Below are positions 39,578 to 54,338 of a stretch of DNA of 64,000 nucleotides, one piece after another. The stretch comes from Adineta vaga. Lineage: Eukaryota > Animalia > Rotifera. The notes under the pieces were generated by a model. It was not told the origin of the DNA. It did no database searches and saw only the letters and a list, made by a program, of their open reading frames with translations. The translations under genes were made by a program, and so were the position numbers. The stretch covers positions 13,206,001-13,270,000 of the forward strand of contig CP075497.1 in assembly GCA_021613535.1 (NCBI GenBank), read 5' to 3'. Every line of letters starts with the position of its first letter. Position 1 is the first letter of the stretch.

Positions 39578-41807
39578 TTATAGTCGAAATTCTCGAGCAA
39601 TACAAAGTTCAATATAAGTCTTTGAATGATACAAATAATCTAATTGACAATTCTTTTTTTGAATATCAGTTAATTCATCTAAAATGTGATTATCAAATAA
39701 AGTATCTGGATGAAATTCAATTGTTATCACTTTGAATCGAGAAAAATGATAAGAAATTACATATAATAACAAATAAAGATCGTTAATTGTGAGCTGTAAA
39801 TCTATTCTATATTGTTGTAGATGAATAGTACAAAGTGAAGATGATCGACCAAGACGATTTATAATTGTAAGTAATTCATTATTCAAAGAATTATTCAATT
39901 GACGAACAATTAATATTTCAAGAAATAAAAATTGTTCGATATTAAAATTATTAAGAATTAATTGTGATAAAAGTTCATTATCAATATTTAACATTCGTAT
40001 ATGAGGCATCCAATTAATCCATTTAATTGTTGTATTGACAAATATATCACCTTAAGATAATACTATATTTAAAAAAATATTCAAAGAATGGAACAATAGA
40101 AATTACTGGATCGATTTTCATATCGTTTTCGAATCTCAAGAATATTAAATTGTGTCAAAAGACTATTATCATCATCATCATATTCCATTTGATAAATTCC
40201 TTTTGGTTTTATTAGTATTGTTTTCTCTATTTATATCAGAAATATTTCAGAATGAATATAAAGTATATATACTTACTTCGGCTTGATCCTTGTTGTAACA
40301 TCCTAAAAAATGATTTATTAATAGTTTCATTTTCTCCAATTAGTATGATTACACCCGGTATTTTGTCATATAACATTGACGTTAAACAGTTTAATTGATG
40401 ATCAGAATGATTAAAATACGTATGTATAGTATCATTCATAATCACAAATGGAAGATCAAATAGAAATGGTGAAGTAAATATGACATAAACATTATGTAAA
40501 CTATCATAATAACATCCAATTTCCATAGATAACCAATATTCTATATGAAAAATAAAAATAAATTGATTCGTTTTTTCGAATAATAATTAAAGTTTATTTA
40601 ACCTGTTTGAAATGAATGAATGATATTATTCATTTGTTGATCACATAAACAAACTGTTTCAATCCAAAATGAAAAGTTTTTCATCATATTCATATGAATA
40701 ACAATATCATTAAATAGACGATAACCATCGATATAAGTTAATGAATGTTTAAAATTTGGATCTTGATGAATAAGAGCTAAATGTAATGTCACAAGAGTAT
40801 GTCGGAAAAGGTAAATGAATTTGACAATAGCAGTGAAATTTAGTACAACCATCTTTCTCAATCTAAATATATAGAATCAAATTAGATCAGAGAATTTTAT
40901 TTCATAAAAGAAAATCTTTGAACCTCATTATTAGTTTTATTAAATGGGGACATAGATTAGATGATACAGCAAATAGTTCTTCATCATTTTGTCTAACATC
41001 AACTCCAAAATGGATATCTATTATAAAAAAAAAGAATTGAAATCGTTTGTTTTATCATAAATGAACAATTACCAAGTGTCGATAAATTTGGAAAATATAT
41101 TAATAAATATTTCAATGTAGCAAAATCACGAACATCAATTTGAAGATAAGTAAGTAAATTTAAAGGTTGATATGATGATGGAAGATGTTCACAAAGAAAT
41201 AAACCATCCTTTTCATCACTACTATGCAATGTACAATTAGTTAGTTGACTTTTCGATGAATTCTTTAAAAGTGATTCACAAATTAATATTGATGCTTTAT
41301 TTAATGGACATTTATAGAGTTTTAATTTATCAAGAAATGAAATAGATGACAAATAAGGTAGAAGATCATTTGTATCAGAATCATGAACATTGCGTAATAC
41401 AAGTGTTTCTAGTTGAGGAAAGACGTCATGAAGTGATGATGAAGCTAAAGAAAAAAACATGTTAATTCTTTTTTGTTTTTGACTAGTCTTATTCACTTAC
41501 ATAGACAATATTGTGAGAAAATACGTAATTGATAATATGAATCTCGATGACCAATTTTGAAAATTTTGACATGGAATCGATATTGATCAAGTATTTGAGT
41601 ACAACAAAGTTGAAAAGTCGAGAATATTGTTGTATAAAAATCAATAGATGTATAACAATAATCTTCTAATAATCGATTATATCGTCGATATTTCATCGAA
41701 CCAAAACTTCTCATTGCTTCAACATAAGTTAAATACTTCCAAATAATTAAAACAATCTCATTTGGTAAATCAATAAAATGAGTAGATATTTCTATTTGAT
41801 TCGACAT
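39578..41807 (-). CDS. F-box + LRR-like protein, multi-exon
   Basis: N-terminal FIDLPNEIVLIIWKYL F-box; LRR-like FPQLETLVL, FPNLSTL; ORFs separated by short introns. Confidence 0.75.
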
Positions 41808-42810
41808 TTTCAAATTAACAACGTCTACATAAACAGAAATGAACGAAACATTTATCGGAGATAATCATTGAAGTGTATCCAGTTTCATCTTTTCTCATTG
41901 TTCATTAATGATCAAAGAAATAATGCTTTGTTTATTGTTCATTAACAAAAAAAAAATCTTCGTGTACACATTGTAAAAGTAGAATTTATTTAAATTAGAA
42001 ACTAAAACCTTGGTTAAATCTGTATCATAGACACAAATTTCGATATTTACAATGCTTGTACATTCTTTTGTTTTTCATCTGCAATAGAGGTCGCAATATC
42101 TCATTAAGGATTTGTTATCAGCGAACAAATAATAAGCTACTTAAAAAAAAACTTTGAATGTATTTTCTAAAAGAGCATGAAACAGTGATCTTTTCTGACT
42201 ACTTTTTATTCTCCTATAGTCAAGTTATGCACGAATAAAAAGACACTAAATATTGAGAACAAAGCTGATTGGAAGGAGACAAAAAATTATAGAGAAAAAA
42301 GTCCATGATACATTCACATTCATTACTAACTTGTTTTTTGAGGTAGAACGGTAATTTTTCTACAGCAAGTACATTGATGTATGATCTTTAAAATGATTCG
42401 TCATTCATTGGTATTACTCGAATGGTTACCGAAATACATCTATTACAAAAGTTCTGTGAACTTTTTGTGCATATCTTAAATAATTGACTTATAATCTTGT
42501 GTTACTTTTGATGTCATCAAGATGAGATACCATTTCTTTAATATTCACATAAAAGGTGTTCACGGCTATCTTACATAATGTATTGTTTTCTTCATTTTTT
42601 TTTCGAGATGTACGTGCACCAGAAACGTAAATGAATAAAACTCAGACCCAATCTGGCTGTCATTCATATTCTCGTAAACTTACTTTTGTTCGTACCCTTA
42701 TCGACAGCTTTACCCTTGAAATGATAACTATACGACATGCTGTGATAAAAGTTATTTATTTATTTATTTTGTTTAAATATACGCGATTACAAAAGAAATC
42801 ATCAATCATT

Positions 42811-43101
42811 TAGGGGTGCAACAAATCCTAGTGAAGATTTGGATTTGGTACCCAAATCTTCGGATTTGGATTTGTTTGATACAGTTTGGATTTGGGTTTG
42901 GATTTGTTTTGCCAGATTTGGATTTGGATTTTGAATTTAAACTTGTCTAATAGCAAAGTCACATGATTTCGAGACGCATGAGAACCAAATAAAACCCAAA
43001 CCCAAATCCAACTTTGATAAACCAAATCCAAATCTGACAAAACAAATCCAAACCCAAATCTGATAAAACAAATCCAAAGCTTTGGGTTTGTTGCACCCCT
43101 A
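42811..43101. mobile_element. hAT-like MITE
   Basis: 15 bp TIR TAGGGGTGCAACAAA / TTTGTTGCACCCCTA; internal GGATTT/AAATCC repeats; CATCAATC near both ends. Confidence 0.8.
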
Positions 43102-44352
43102 CATCAATCTACGACGTAGGATATCTTATCGCTGAATCCGAGTATTTTCAGGATTTATCCGTTCACATATGCGTTCCAAATCCGATCTCACTGGTTCCAG
43201 ATCGATCTCGACAAGCTCTATCGATTCCTTGCCTTAAGTATCAATTTATTGTTGTGAAAAATGCTCATTATCAATTATCTGCTTAATGTACAATGACAAA
43301 AATTTTCATTGGTTGATTCATTTGAACCAATGGATATTCTTGTTTTCTAAGTATGAATGTAGAGCGTAAAGAAGAATTAAGGATCTAAGATACCCAAGGG
43401 ATACTAGACAGACTAGGGCAACTACTGGTACTAGGACTTGTGCAAGTCTAAGAATGATAATCAGTATATTTTAAAATGTATTGTTCATCGTTTGATAAAG
43501 AGTTATATGTTTCTGGAGTTCTATATTTTATTTTAGTGTGCGTGGTCACATAAACATTTTCAGTGTTTAGTTTTGTGTACTGAGCTTTCAGAAAATATTC
43601 CATTTAATTAGTTTTACCATACCTTATATTTAAACAAACATTATTCTGATTCCTGTATAGTGAAATACGATATCTAAACATATTCTTTAGCTAAATGAAA
43701 TGTGTACTTCAGTTTTCACATCTTCGTTTTTTGTTTGTATTCAATATTGTACGTTCGATTACGGCTTTATTTATACAAGTAACGCTCGTCCGCGGTTTCG
43801 CTTAGCTATTTCTCGTAGACATGACTGCTGATTGCATTTGTTTAAAAAAACAATCGAAGAATTTGCTCTTCTTATTGGCTATTAGTCCTAGAACGTACAC
43901 ACATCCTGTTCACTAGTATCCGCAGATCAAAACATATAAGAGATCGGTATCAGTTTCATCTTGAACTAGCGTATCACCTATAAGTAAAGAGTCAGTAATC
44001 CTATACTGAAGAATGCTTACAATCCATGGTAACCACATTCTCCACTACGAGAAGGAGAGCATTCGGATCCACATAAAAATAGATTAATTCTAAAACTCTG
44101 TTTCTATTAGCCCACACCACTCCTCTCAATTCACATGCTTGCTTCAGTAATGTGAGCAAATGATGCTCGAATTCAGATTCTTCGCACCGAAACATATAAA
44201 ACTGCATTCACTAAGAATCTATTTTCGATGTTTTTTTTTTACCCTGTGGACATACAAGCAAGCAATCAGACAATTTATGTTTACTGAACTCTTCTCTACG
44301 AGAAAGAGAAAAATAGTTTTTTTGTAAAAAAAAGTTGTCCTTTGTCTAAAAA

Positions 44353-46493
44353 ATGCGGAAACTTCGGATTTTATCCGAGAGTTATGTGTACTGCAAAAAG
44401 TGTATGAGAGAGATGAAACATTTTAGAATGTCTACGCATCAAAATTACCACGAGAAATTTTTCGATGAGCAAGATTTCTGATGAATTATTTTTGAATGAA
44501 TTTTAGTGTTTGAATCTATCGGAATAACGGTTATATGCAACCTCATGAATCTATAAAAGATCTATGATAGATACACATATCAGCATTTTCATAATAGATC
44601 ATCAATATCAATAGATATGGAGATCAGGTTTTTCCCTTTGATAGCCCTTCTGACTAGCTACAAAACCAAGCATTTGGGAAATTCCCAAACTACAGGTCAT
44701 CTGAGACGTATCTAGGCAATTTGTTGTTAAGGACTATAAGAGAGATTATGGGTGGTTGTGTTGGATGCGGTGGTTGTGGAATGTTTATGGACGGTCTATT
44801 TTCGTTAGGACGCGATCAATGTGGATGAATGTAGGTCTCTATGAACATAGCTCATCAATCTGTGAGTGGTTGTAATAGTCACTTTTACGATATCTCAAAA
44901 AGTTGGCTGGTTGCGCTGATTGCATAGATTACAAGTACCCGTCTATTTTCGATAAATGTATGAAAATGAGTGTGGCAAGTTTCTTTTGTAATTGTACGTA
45001 AAGGATATAGATGATTATTATTAATATATAGTTAATTATTGTGATAATGTCACATGTCTGAATAACAGTATTTGTCAGCCATTACTACGCAATTACAAAT
45101 GTGAATGTTCACATGTTATATCTGGACATCATTGTAAATGAATAAAAATAAATGTTATTGTTCGTCAATATGTTACCAAGAACTATAGCATTTGTTGCTA
45201 TTATCATTACTGGTTATATCATTGTTCTTGATGCAGTATCATATCTTTTTTGATAATAAATATAACTCGAAAAGAACGTCAACAAAGTCGATATAAGAAC
45301 TATCGAAAGGAAGTCAATGACTTTAAACGATGAGATATGAAAAATTCATAATATTCTCAAAGTAGTTTTTCCGTATCATAATCTTTAGAATTAAATAAAA
45401 TCTTAACTTGTGTAGAACATTCTGTTTTATAACTCAATAAGAAATGTAATGTTGAGATGAACAAAAGTTACCAAGTTTAGATAAATTTACGCAAGAATGT
45501 TGTATTTTCATCACTTCTTGACTCTCATTCATTTTCACTATAAAAATATTTGTAACTCATTGTATGACATCCGCAATAACCACATGAAAACAGTGGGTTT
45601 ATCTTTTGGCAATGATAAATGAAACAAGCATCAACTGTAAGAAGAAAACGTTCCGGAAAGTGATAAAAGATGAAGAAAAGAAATCGCACTATTTCTTGTT
45701 ATTTTGATGGTTTACCAATGAATGACGACAAAAATTCTGATTCTACTCAGCATTTTGATCTGAGTCCTAGTAAGTTGATTGATTCTAATTATTTACTGAA
45801 AAAAAAAAGAAATTTTTTCATATTTATTTGCAACACTATATCAAAATCATTCTTCTTTTTTCACAGCGTTGTCCAGTGTTAATCTACATTCATCATGATA
45901 AAAAGATGTCGAATCCGATAGTATGTTCAAAAATATTTTATTCCGAGGTTATCATTGATTATCTCTACTGAAAAATTATTTTGTATATCGCTTGAATGTC
46001 ACCATTGAATCGAATAGAAACTAGTAAACAATTAGGATTTATTTTTTGAGAAAATATTGTCTTTGCTAAAATAGGTTGATATAAGTGTCGGAGAAAATCT
46101 TTTCTAATCAATTATTACTCGACTTTTGCATCGAGCAATATCCAATGTTTCATTGGTGTTATGTAACGATCGGTACAAAATCAATATTAGTATGAAATGT
46201 CAGATCATACATTAACAATAATAATCAAATCTGATATATTAAATAAGAGTTGATTATAAAATAGCGCATGAAGTTTTACTCCATGAATTAATCAATTAAA
46301 AAAAGAAGTCTGATGCAAATGAAAAAGTGTTGATAAGTTAAAATTAAAAGTATTTCCATTATTAATTTTATTTTAGACGTTTGCTCTACGAATGTAGATG
46401 AATTTTTATCGGAATATCATTCTTCCAATACTATTGGAAGATAAGTGCGGAAACTTCGGATTTTATCCGAATGTTATGTGTACTGCAAAAAGT
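44353..46493. repeat. Two direct copies of a motif of about 50 bp (about 44353-44402 and 46446-46493)
   Basis: TGCGGAAACTTCGGATTTTATCCGA(GA/AT)GTTATGTGTACTGCAAAAAGT occurs twice. Confidence 0.75.
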
Positions 46494-47536
46494 ATATCAG
46501 ATAGAAAACATAATAAAGTCATACCGAAATACCACTATTTCCAATAACTCACAAACCATTCGGCTGATCAGGCGCTTCTTCAAACTCAATTGAGATATCA
46601 TTGTCACAATACTCCGTAGAAAATTTCATCAGAACTGTACCAATACTTCAGGAATTATCGTGTCTATGAACGGATGAGCAGACGTACTAAACTGTTCAAG
46701 CAGTGCACTCAGTTTTCATCATATGAAATAAATTACCTGGCTTATGCATATACCACCTATTTTCATCTTGTCTGTTACCATACAACTTTACATAGGTCAA
46801 CTTCTTATCTTTACTATTGTGCCAACAGTTTATGGACGTTTCTGTAGACCTAGGAAACCACCTGAGAAACTATGGTGACGTTATCTACGTGGAACATCTT
46901 GACTGACACTTCACCCAGGTTAACCTCGCCCTCATCGTCATCCACACTCCTTCCTCATGTTCCAACAAGTTCTCGACGTTATTTCGTGCCTAGGAAACCA
47001 CCATACGAAGTTTGGAGATTTTACCTATCATAAAACCATCTGGGTGAAATTTCACCCAGATCACTTATATCACCCACATTCACTCTCAGGACTTGAGGAC
47101 ACAAAGGTAATGCACATGAAGCCCAACAGACCGATATATCCTGTGAAAATGACGAAAAAAAAATTTTTGTAAAAAATCCCCGTACTCCTCCTCAGCGATG
47201 GTCTGGCCAGTTTTCAGTAGGGTGTGGGTGTGGGTGTGGATGAAGATTGAAATAACGAATCGATATCCACACCCTCGTTGACCATCTCTTCATTCTTTGT
47301 GTACTCCTCGAAGACAGGTTAGACGAAAATATAAATCTGTACAGAGTTTCCATTGAATAAATATAGATCATTTTTTGCTTTAATGACTTTTGTTATTCTG
47401 AATCTGCAAGATTTGTATAGTTTATACACAATCAAAGGTTTTATTAGATTAGATAGTTAATAACAGAAATCTCTCTCCTTTCTTGATTAATCAGAGAACA
47501 AAAACAACGACCGTGAAACACGTCCAACGATGTATA

Positions 47537-49913
47537 TTATACTTCCATTGATCTATTTTGCAATTGATCTACCAAATCTTTCGCTTGTCGGACAAACTCA
47601 TGGCTTTCCGGTAACTTTTTTTCTCGAATTTGAAGTGCTCGTCGAGCGTAGTCTAACGCTAAAGTGTGTTGTTGTGGATCGTTTTGATGAAAACAAGCCA
47701 AAGAATAGTATGAATCACTTATTTGCGGATGATCGGCAGGTAATGATGTTTCTCGTAATTTTAATGCTTTTTCAAAGTATTCCAGAGCTTGTTCACGGTG
47801 ACCGAGCGCATTATGCATTAAACCTATATTATGCAACGGTTGAGATTTATCTGGATAATACTCAGGCACAGTCTTATTGTATATGACTACCGACTTCTGA
47901 CAATATGTGATACCTTTCTTATATTTACATAAATTGTGATAAGCATAACCGAGACGATTATAACTCCGTGCTAATTCAATGTGATTCTCGGAAAGAATGT
48001 TACGATAGATTTTCAGTGCAAGCTTATAATAAATCAATTCTTGTTGATGGTTATGCATTTCGCAATATGTACTACCAATACCGGCCAATGTTCGTGCGAG
48101 ATCAAACGCAGATGATGAAAATTGTTTACGTTGAAGTATTTCAGCCTGTTGGAAAAATTCCAATGCTTTTCCATACTGACCAAAGAATCGATAAGCACGA
48201 GCCAAACAATATAGAATATTTGCTCGATCTTCATGATCAGAAGACATTCGTTCAAGCAAATGTTCAAAATATATTTTTGATCGTGTATAATCACTTATAT
48301 CAGCCAAAAGAATACCATACAGAATACTAACCTTTGTTTCAGCCATTCGTTCTCGAATATACTTCTCATACAATTGACTCATCTGTCGAATTTCAGCCGA
48401 TGGACGCATATGTATAAGCCACAAATACTGTTCTTCATGATAATTGATGGTGACAATCTCAAATGTAGTACCTAGCGTGAATAAAACTTCGTTTTCATCC
48501 GGCATAGCACTATAATCCGAGATATCAGCTAACACAGTTTCTGATCCTATTGTTGAATCCAATTCAAATTCAAAGAGAACATATTGTTCAGAATCAGTTC
48601 GACTACGACTAGGTGTCGTATTTGTCAATGCATCCCAACTGATAAATATTTGAGCAACAGACAATTGACATGAACACGAGAGAAAACCAGTTGTCGAGAC
48701 TAAATTTCCAACGCGATATTTTTCGATTTCATCGCGAGCTATAATAGAGCCGCGGTATACTTTTGTAATCATTGTTGAACAAATTGGTACAGTTTCAAGA
48801 CTACGACATAGATCTGCAATAAAATAGCGAAAAATGTACATAGCTGTGATATCTTCTGTTCGAAGAGCTCTGTTCACTAATCGATAGAGAAATGTTGGTC
48901 TTGTGTACCAGTTAATTGCATCTTTCGATTGATATGTACGTTCAAATTTGTCAATATTATTTAGTTCATTTGGATTCCCTTCATAATACGAACGACATTC
49001 ATCGATCATTTCTTGAAGAGCATCAAGTGTCTTTGGCATGGCCATGATCATAACTGCAAAGTAAGAAGAGAGCGATACGTATTATATTATACAACCAATT
49101 AGTTCTTTCCGGATTTCTTGTCGTTTGCTCAGATTCGTCATTCTTCGATTCAGTAGTGTGAAACTTGAAACAATCTCAACTGAGGGATAATTTTCAATCG
49201 AATTCAAGTCTGAGCTCATAGTCATAAGCAAAATACGCTCACCTGCACCCTCCCTATCACTCTCACCTTCGGAAACATGTCTTACTTTTAAACACATGAC
49301 ACCAAAGAAATGGTCCGATGTCTTGTCGAACATCACGTAAGGCTCTTTCGTGTCGAGCGATGACACTTAGCCCGTCACTTTCACCTTGGACAATAATTTG
49401 ACGCTCAATTTTGATAATAATTTTTTGTAATTGAGTGGCCATTACTTCAGGTTCATTGGTCAAAGTAGAAAATTTTCGATATTTATCAATCGAAGTTTTC
49501 GATAGTTGATCAGATTTGATCATACAAAGAGCTCGAACACATTGAAAGTCATGAACTATGAATGCATCTTCGATATCAGGCATGACAACAATGCAATGTT
49601 CATTAAATTTATTTGCACATGATAGATATTCAAAAAGTAAAGCCTTTTTTGTGTACAATAGAACGTAATTATTGAGCGCGCGAAGTTGACTCATGATTTG
49701 GATGTTATTTGCAATATCGTTACAAGTTGGATTATACCAAATTAAAGTTAATACTTCTCGATTCGGTTTGATTTGATCGAATGGTACGTCACAGAAAACA
49801 GGCTCTTTGACAGGTAACGAACTATTTTAAGAACATAATGACAAAAAACAAAAACCTGTTTTTCTTGTCTTACCTGCTCTGCAGTCGGTGAACCGAGTCG
49901 TCTTGAATTAGTG
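47537..49913 (-). CDS. ADP-ribosyltransferase (R-S-E) + TPR-repeat protein; 5' end uncertain
   Basis: AINWYTRPTFLYRLVNRALR, KVYRG, GFLSCS, DENEVL, followed by about six TPRs; upstream exon 49286-49820 linked by a GT-AG intron. Confidence 0.85.
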
Positions 49914-51858
49914 ACAAATTTTCGTTACTAATAATAATGATCGCTTTTTGATCCGTTGACATATCCTTGTTTAGTTATTTCGTTTCAATCTATTTATAAT
50001 AACATTCTACTAAATGATTCAATGAATATTTTGATTGTTAAAAAGCTATCAATGACACACATGAAATACTCTATACGCTGGTATTTCTTAATAAATACAT
50101 TTATGTATATCGTTATAGTATCTGATGAAAACAAAAGTGAATTCTTTCTCTCGGAACTTCAAGTTATAGAAATGAATCACATACGAGGAAGATGAGTTAT
50201 CATATTCTCGAAAATAGTTCTCTGTGTGAAATTCTTAATACAACTATAACACCAAATTCGAGTTCATACCGATTTGTATTGTCCTACTTTATTTTACATA
50301 CTTCTAATCGATGTCTAAATACTTGAATGTGAACTAGGAAGTAAAAGAAGCGTCAAACTTGGCAAACGTAATTTATTTAGACGCAAAACGAATAAATATA
50401 TACTTTTCATATATACTGATTCTTCTCATAGCACGGACATGTCAATAGAGTTAATTAATCAATTTAAACGACGCATATGAGTTATAGAAAGAAAGAAAAA
50501 CAACGCGCATAGTATAGCTTATCAGTCATACACACCAATATAAAAAGAGAAACAAAACAAAAAATACAAAGTATCGATTTAGAACAAGCCAGTGATCGAA
50601 AATGATACTTTCATTGATTAGAGCACGGTGTATGACGAGGAGAAAAACCATGTGGAATAATATGATAGAACAAAAAAAATTGTTTGGTTCTTGTTTGTAG
50701 ACTAATGAATAAATACGACCATGACTTCACAGATGACATAGCATTGTCTTCTTACATCTCATACTGACTACATCCTACTTGACATATAGTTTCTACGAAT
50801 TATTCTCGTAGAATCATCTCTTCTGAAGTATTTCATATTAATTTTTACTTAACCGTCGTTTTCCTTATGCAAACAACATTTTCATTCTCAATATATATCT
50901 AAACATTACCAGTACATCGGTCTTTCTTACTGTTCTTTTTTCAATGTTTTATTTTGATCCACTAGCTTTAACTACTCCGGACATGTGTCAACTATTATAC
51001 TCTTCGCTTATCATATCGCTTGCATTCAAATCTCCTTTGCTTTTCTGATTTTTTCCTTTCATCGATTATGTTCATTAATATATCATACAAAGCCTTTCTT
51101 CAAGAAACTACGATAGGTAGCAATATGCATTCTTTCAATATCTTTCGCTGTTCGAAAAAAAACCCAGTTTTTTTTACTGTAAATTTGATCTCGAGCTTGT
51201 TTTCTCACACACCATTGAAAGCGATAGAAAAGAAAGTTTCATTGCTGAAATACTATACAATCGATATCTATTCTATAGAGGGAAACATCTTGTAAGTTAG
51301 ATCTTAGGTATAGATATCTGATCTTATCTTATTATTTTGTATGAAGATCTGCACTTCGATCTTGAGTTCTTTTTTTGTCTGTCTGAAAAAACTTGACATC
51401 ATTTGTGTTGGCCACTAAATTTCTATTCAATATAAATATTTTGTATTCATGAACTATATGGCCGCAAATCTATACAAGCATCATGGTTATACTCGTAAAC
51501 AGCCAAAAATGAGTCAGCGAGAAATATCTTTGCTGAAACAAATCATTCTAATATTCTTCGTATTTATTGTGGGATGCCATTAATGGATTTTTTTCTACTT
51601 GATCAACATATCAATTTAATAACGGGCGAGCAATCGCCGAGCTAAGCGTCTTAAGCATTATTTTCAATGTATTCCTTCACAATCACGAATTATGTTTGGC
51701 TTTGATTCTGATTTTTCAAACATCCTGACAGGTAATCAGTTGTTCACCATAAGCTTTTTTGAGCATTCTTACATTATTTCACTACTTTATTGATAGATAA
51801 AACGATTGACTCATGAACAATAGGCGACAATTGAACTCGAACTACCCAGTTCACAAGC

Positions 51859-53969
51859 TTAATCAAATAAACCAAAACCTATGTCCTCTTCAGGCAATAT
51901 AGTATAATGTAATTGTACAAAAGAAGTTAGTGGAGTTGACTTAGGCCACACATGATCGTAGGGAATTTGATGCATCGTAATGAATCGTGCACAAAGACAT
52001 TTAAGTCGTGAAATTTTCTGTTTTGATTTTAAAAGAGTACGTATGTCAGTGTCAGTTGCTATATTGAGAGCTGTTTGTCCATGGGAATCCACATAATCGA
52101 TATGGGCACCGACATCGAGAAGCATTTCGATGATTTTCAGAACGTTTCCTTTCATATCGTTGTTGATATTGCGGCAAACGATATGTAGTGCGGTTTCGTT
52201 CGAAGTTTGACTTCTAGCGTTCACATCGATCCATCGTTGTCCGTAGGCTAGTAGAAGCCGAGTTGTATCAACGTTGGGAAACCTATAAAAGAGAAAATTA
52301 AATTTGTCTGGACATGGAAGAATCCTGTTCGCTAGCCGACTGTGAATATTTACCTAAGTACTGGAGAGATGTCGGCTAATCATAGTTAATACCAAGACGT
52401 GTTTGAGAACTTACACTTAGATGTAATATCCTCGTGTCGTCGTAAGTTGTTTTTGACAGAGCTTCTTGATCCATAGAATGATCGATCGACGTTCATCAAT
52501 ACTGATTGTTGTTTGCTCGAGAACCTGAAATAGTATTCAACAATGTTAAGCACTTCGAAATGTCTACGTTGATTTGTTCATCTCGTAAGAATTATGCTAA
52601 CAGTCTCTTTTCTGTTGTTGAGCGTCCAACATACCTTTGCTGAAATGGCTAATAGATTCAAAGCTAATCTGATGAAGTTATTAATTGGTTTCTGTTCGGA
52701 AGGTTCGAAAGTTAGATGGCAGATGTACAAGAATTGCTCGGCAGGAATTGGCGTTTGAGTAGTGATCATCCGACAGAATATCCAGATGAAATGTTGAACA
52801 GAATTTTGCACGTTCATTTGTCGCTGCAGATGAAAAAGATGAAGAGCCAGTTGAAAAGAACGATCGAATTGTTCGTTTTCAACAAGCATCAGGATTCTTC
52901 GTTCAAATAATTGATGAAATAATCTCATGTCCTTCCGAACGACGAGAATTCGTTCACAAATCAATAGTGCTTCGATACATAAACGATCATGATCCGTTTG
53001 AATCTGGTCAAGTTCATCAATCGTCTGACATTCTCTCTGAAAATCATAGGCAACGATCGGCTCGGTCTCTGGTTTCGGCGAATGAAACAAGATGCGTTGT
53101 TCGAGTGATTTTCTCAAAAGACGTACCATTCGTTGACGTTCATCTAGTGTAATGGGATTGCTATTGGCTAGATATGACGATGCAACCAGCTCAAGATCAT
53201 TAAACGTTGTCTCATCGTGAATGTATTCGAATAAGGAATCGATTGCTTCAAATGCTTGTCTCTCGGCGACCAATGTCATCGGCGTTTTTCCATCAAGATT
53301 TTTCACGGTGACAGACGCACCGGCCGCACACAACATTTGTATTATTATCGAATGACCTTCACTAGCAGCCACCGTTAATGCTGTATCTTGGTGAACATGT
53401 GTTCTATAGTTCGTATCAACACCTTTATCGAGGAGATAAGCGACAATATTTTCCTGACCAGAACGGGCAGCTAAAACCAGACTATTGCATTTATCACCAT
53501 CATTTGTTAGCGTTCGATTAACGTCAGCATGTCCATTGTCGACTAAAAACTGAACAATGTCGAGTCGTCCTTTCGTACTAGCATCGATTAACAATGGATA
53601 AAGTGGACCATGATTGACATCAGCTGCACCCAAATCTATCAGAGTGTGTGCTATGGTGAAGTGACCACGATCAAGAGCACACCAAAGAGCAGTTACATGT
53701 CCGATAAGACCTCCTTCCGAATCGTACATCGATCCTTCGAGTTCGATCGACGTCGGTGAACAAATAAGTATCATACGTACAATTTCCTCGTGCCCATGAA
53801 CAGCAGCTAACATCAGTAGACTAAAGCGTTCATCGCCTTGTTGAATTATTGTCGTAAGAAGATTGGATTGATCGGACAGTATATAAAGATATTGATCGAA
53901 TTCGATCAATCGACCATCGCGAACGAATTCACATAATTCTTGTTGGATGTCGAAATCGCTTTCGGCCAT
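51859..53969 (-). CDS. fem-1-like ankyrin-repeat protein (3 exons)
   Basis: Ankyrin repeats with HVTALWCA, LELVASSY, IEALLICERIL; C-terminal ETALHIV ankyrin and LKCLCAR box. Confidence 0.8.
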
Positions 53970-54338
53970 GAATATAACTCTAGTTTTATACAAATTTCTT
54001 GTCTAAGAAACGACACAACTCGAATCATTCGGTATTTATTTGTTTCAGTATGATGAAAATAAGCAAGAGAATGACGAAATTACACACGTGACGCATACGA
54101 TCGAGAAATGGCTGGTAAGTAGTGATAAGAATGGCAAAAACACATTCATGTAGTATGAGTCATTGTCATACGCACATGGATTTGCTTAAAGAATTCACAG
54201 ATGTTTTTACAAGAGTTAAAAATGAAATTTTATGATGACGAAATAGGATCAGGGTGTGGGTGAATGAGTGTCTTCTTATGATTTATATCCCCATCCTCAC
54301 CCTCACCCACTTCTGTATTTATTTGGATTATAGTTGGG

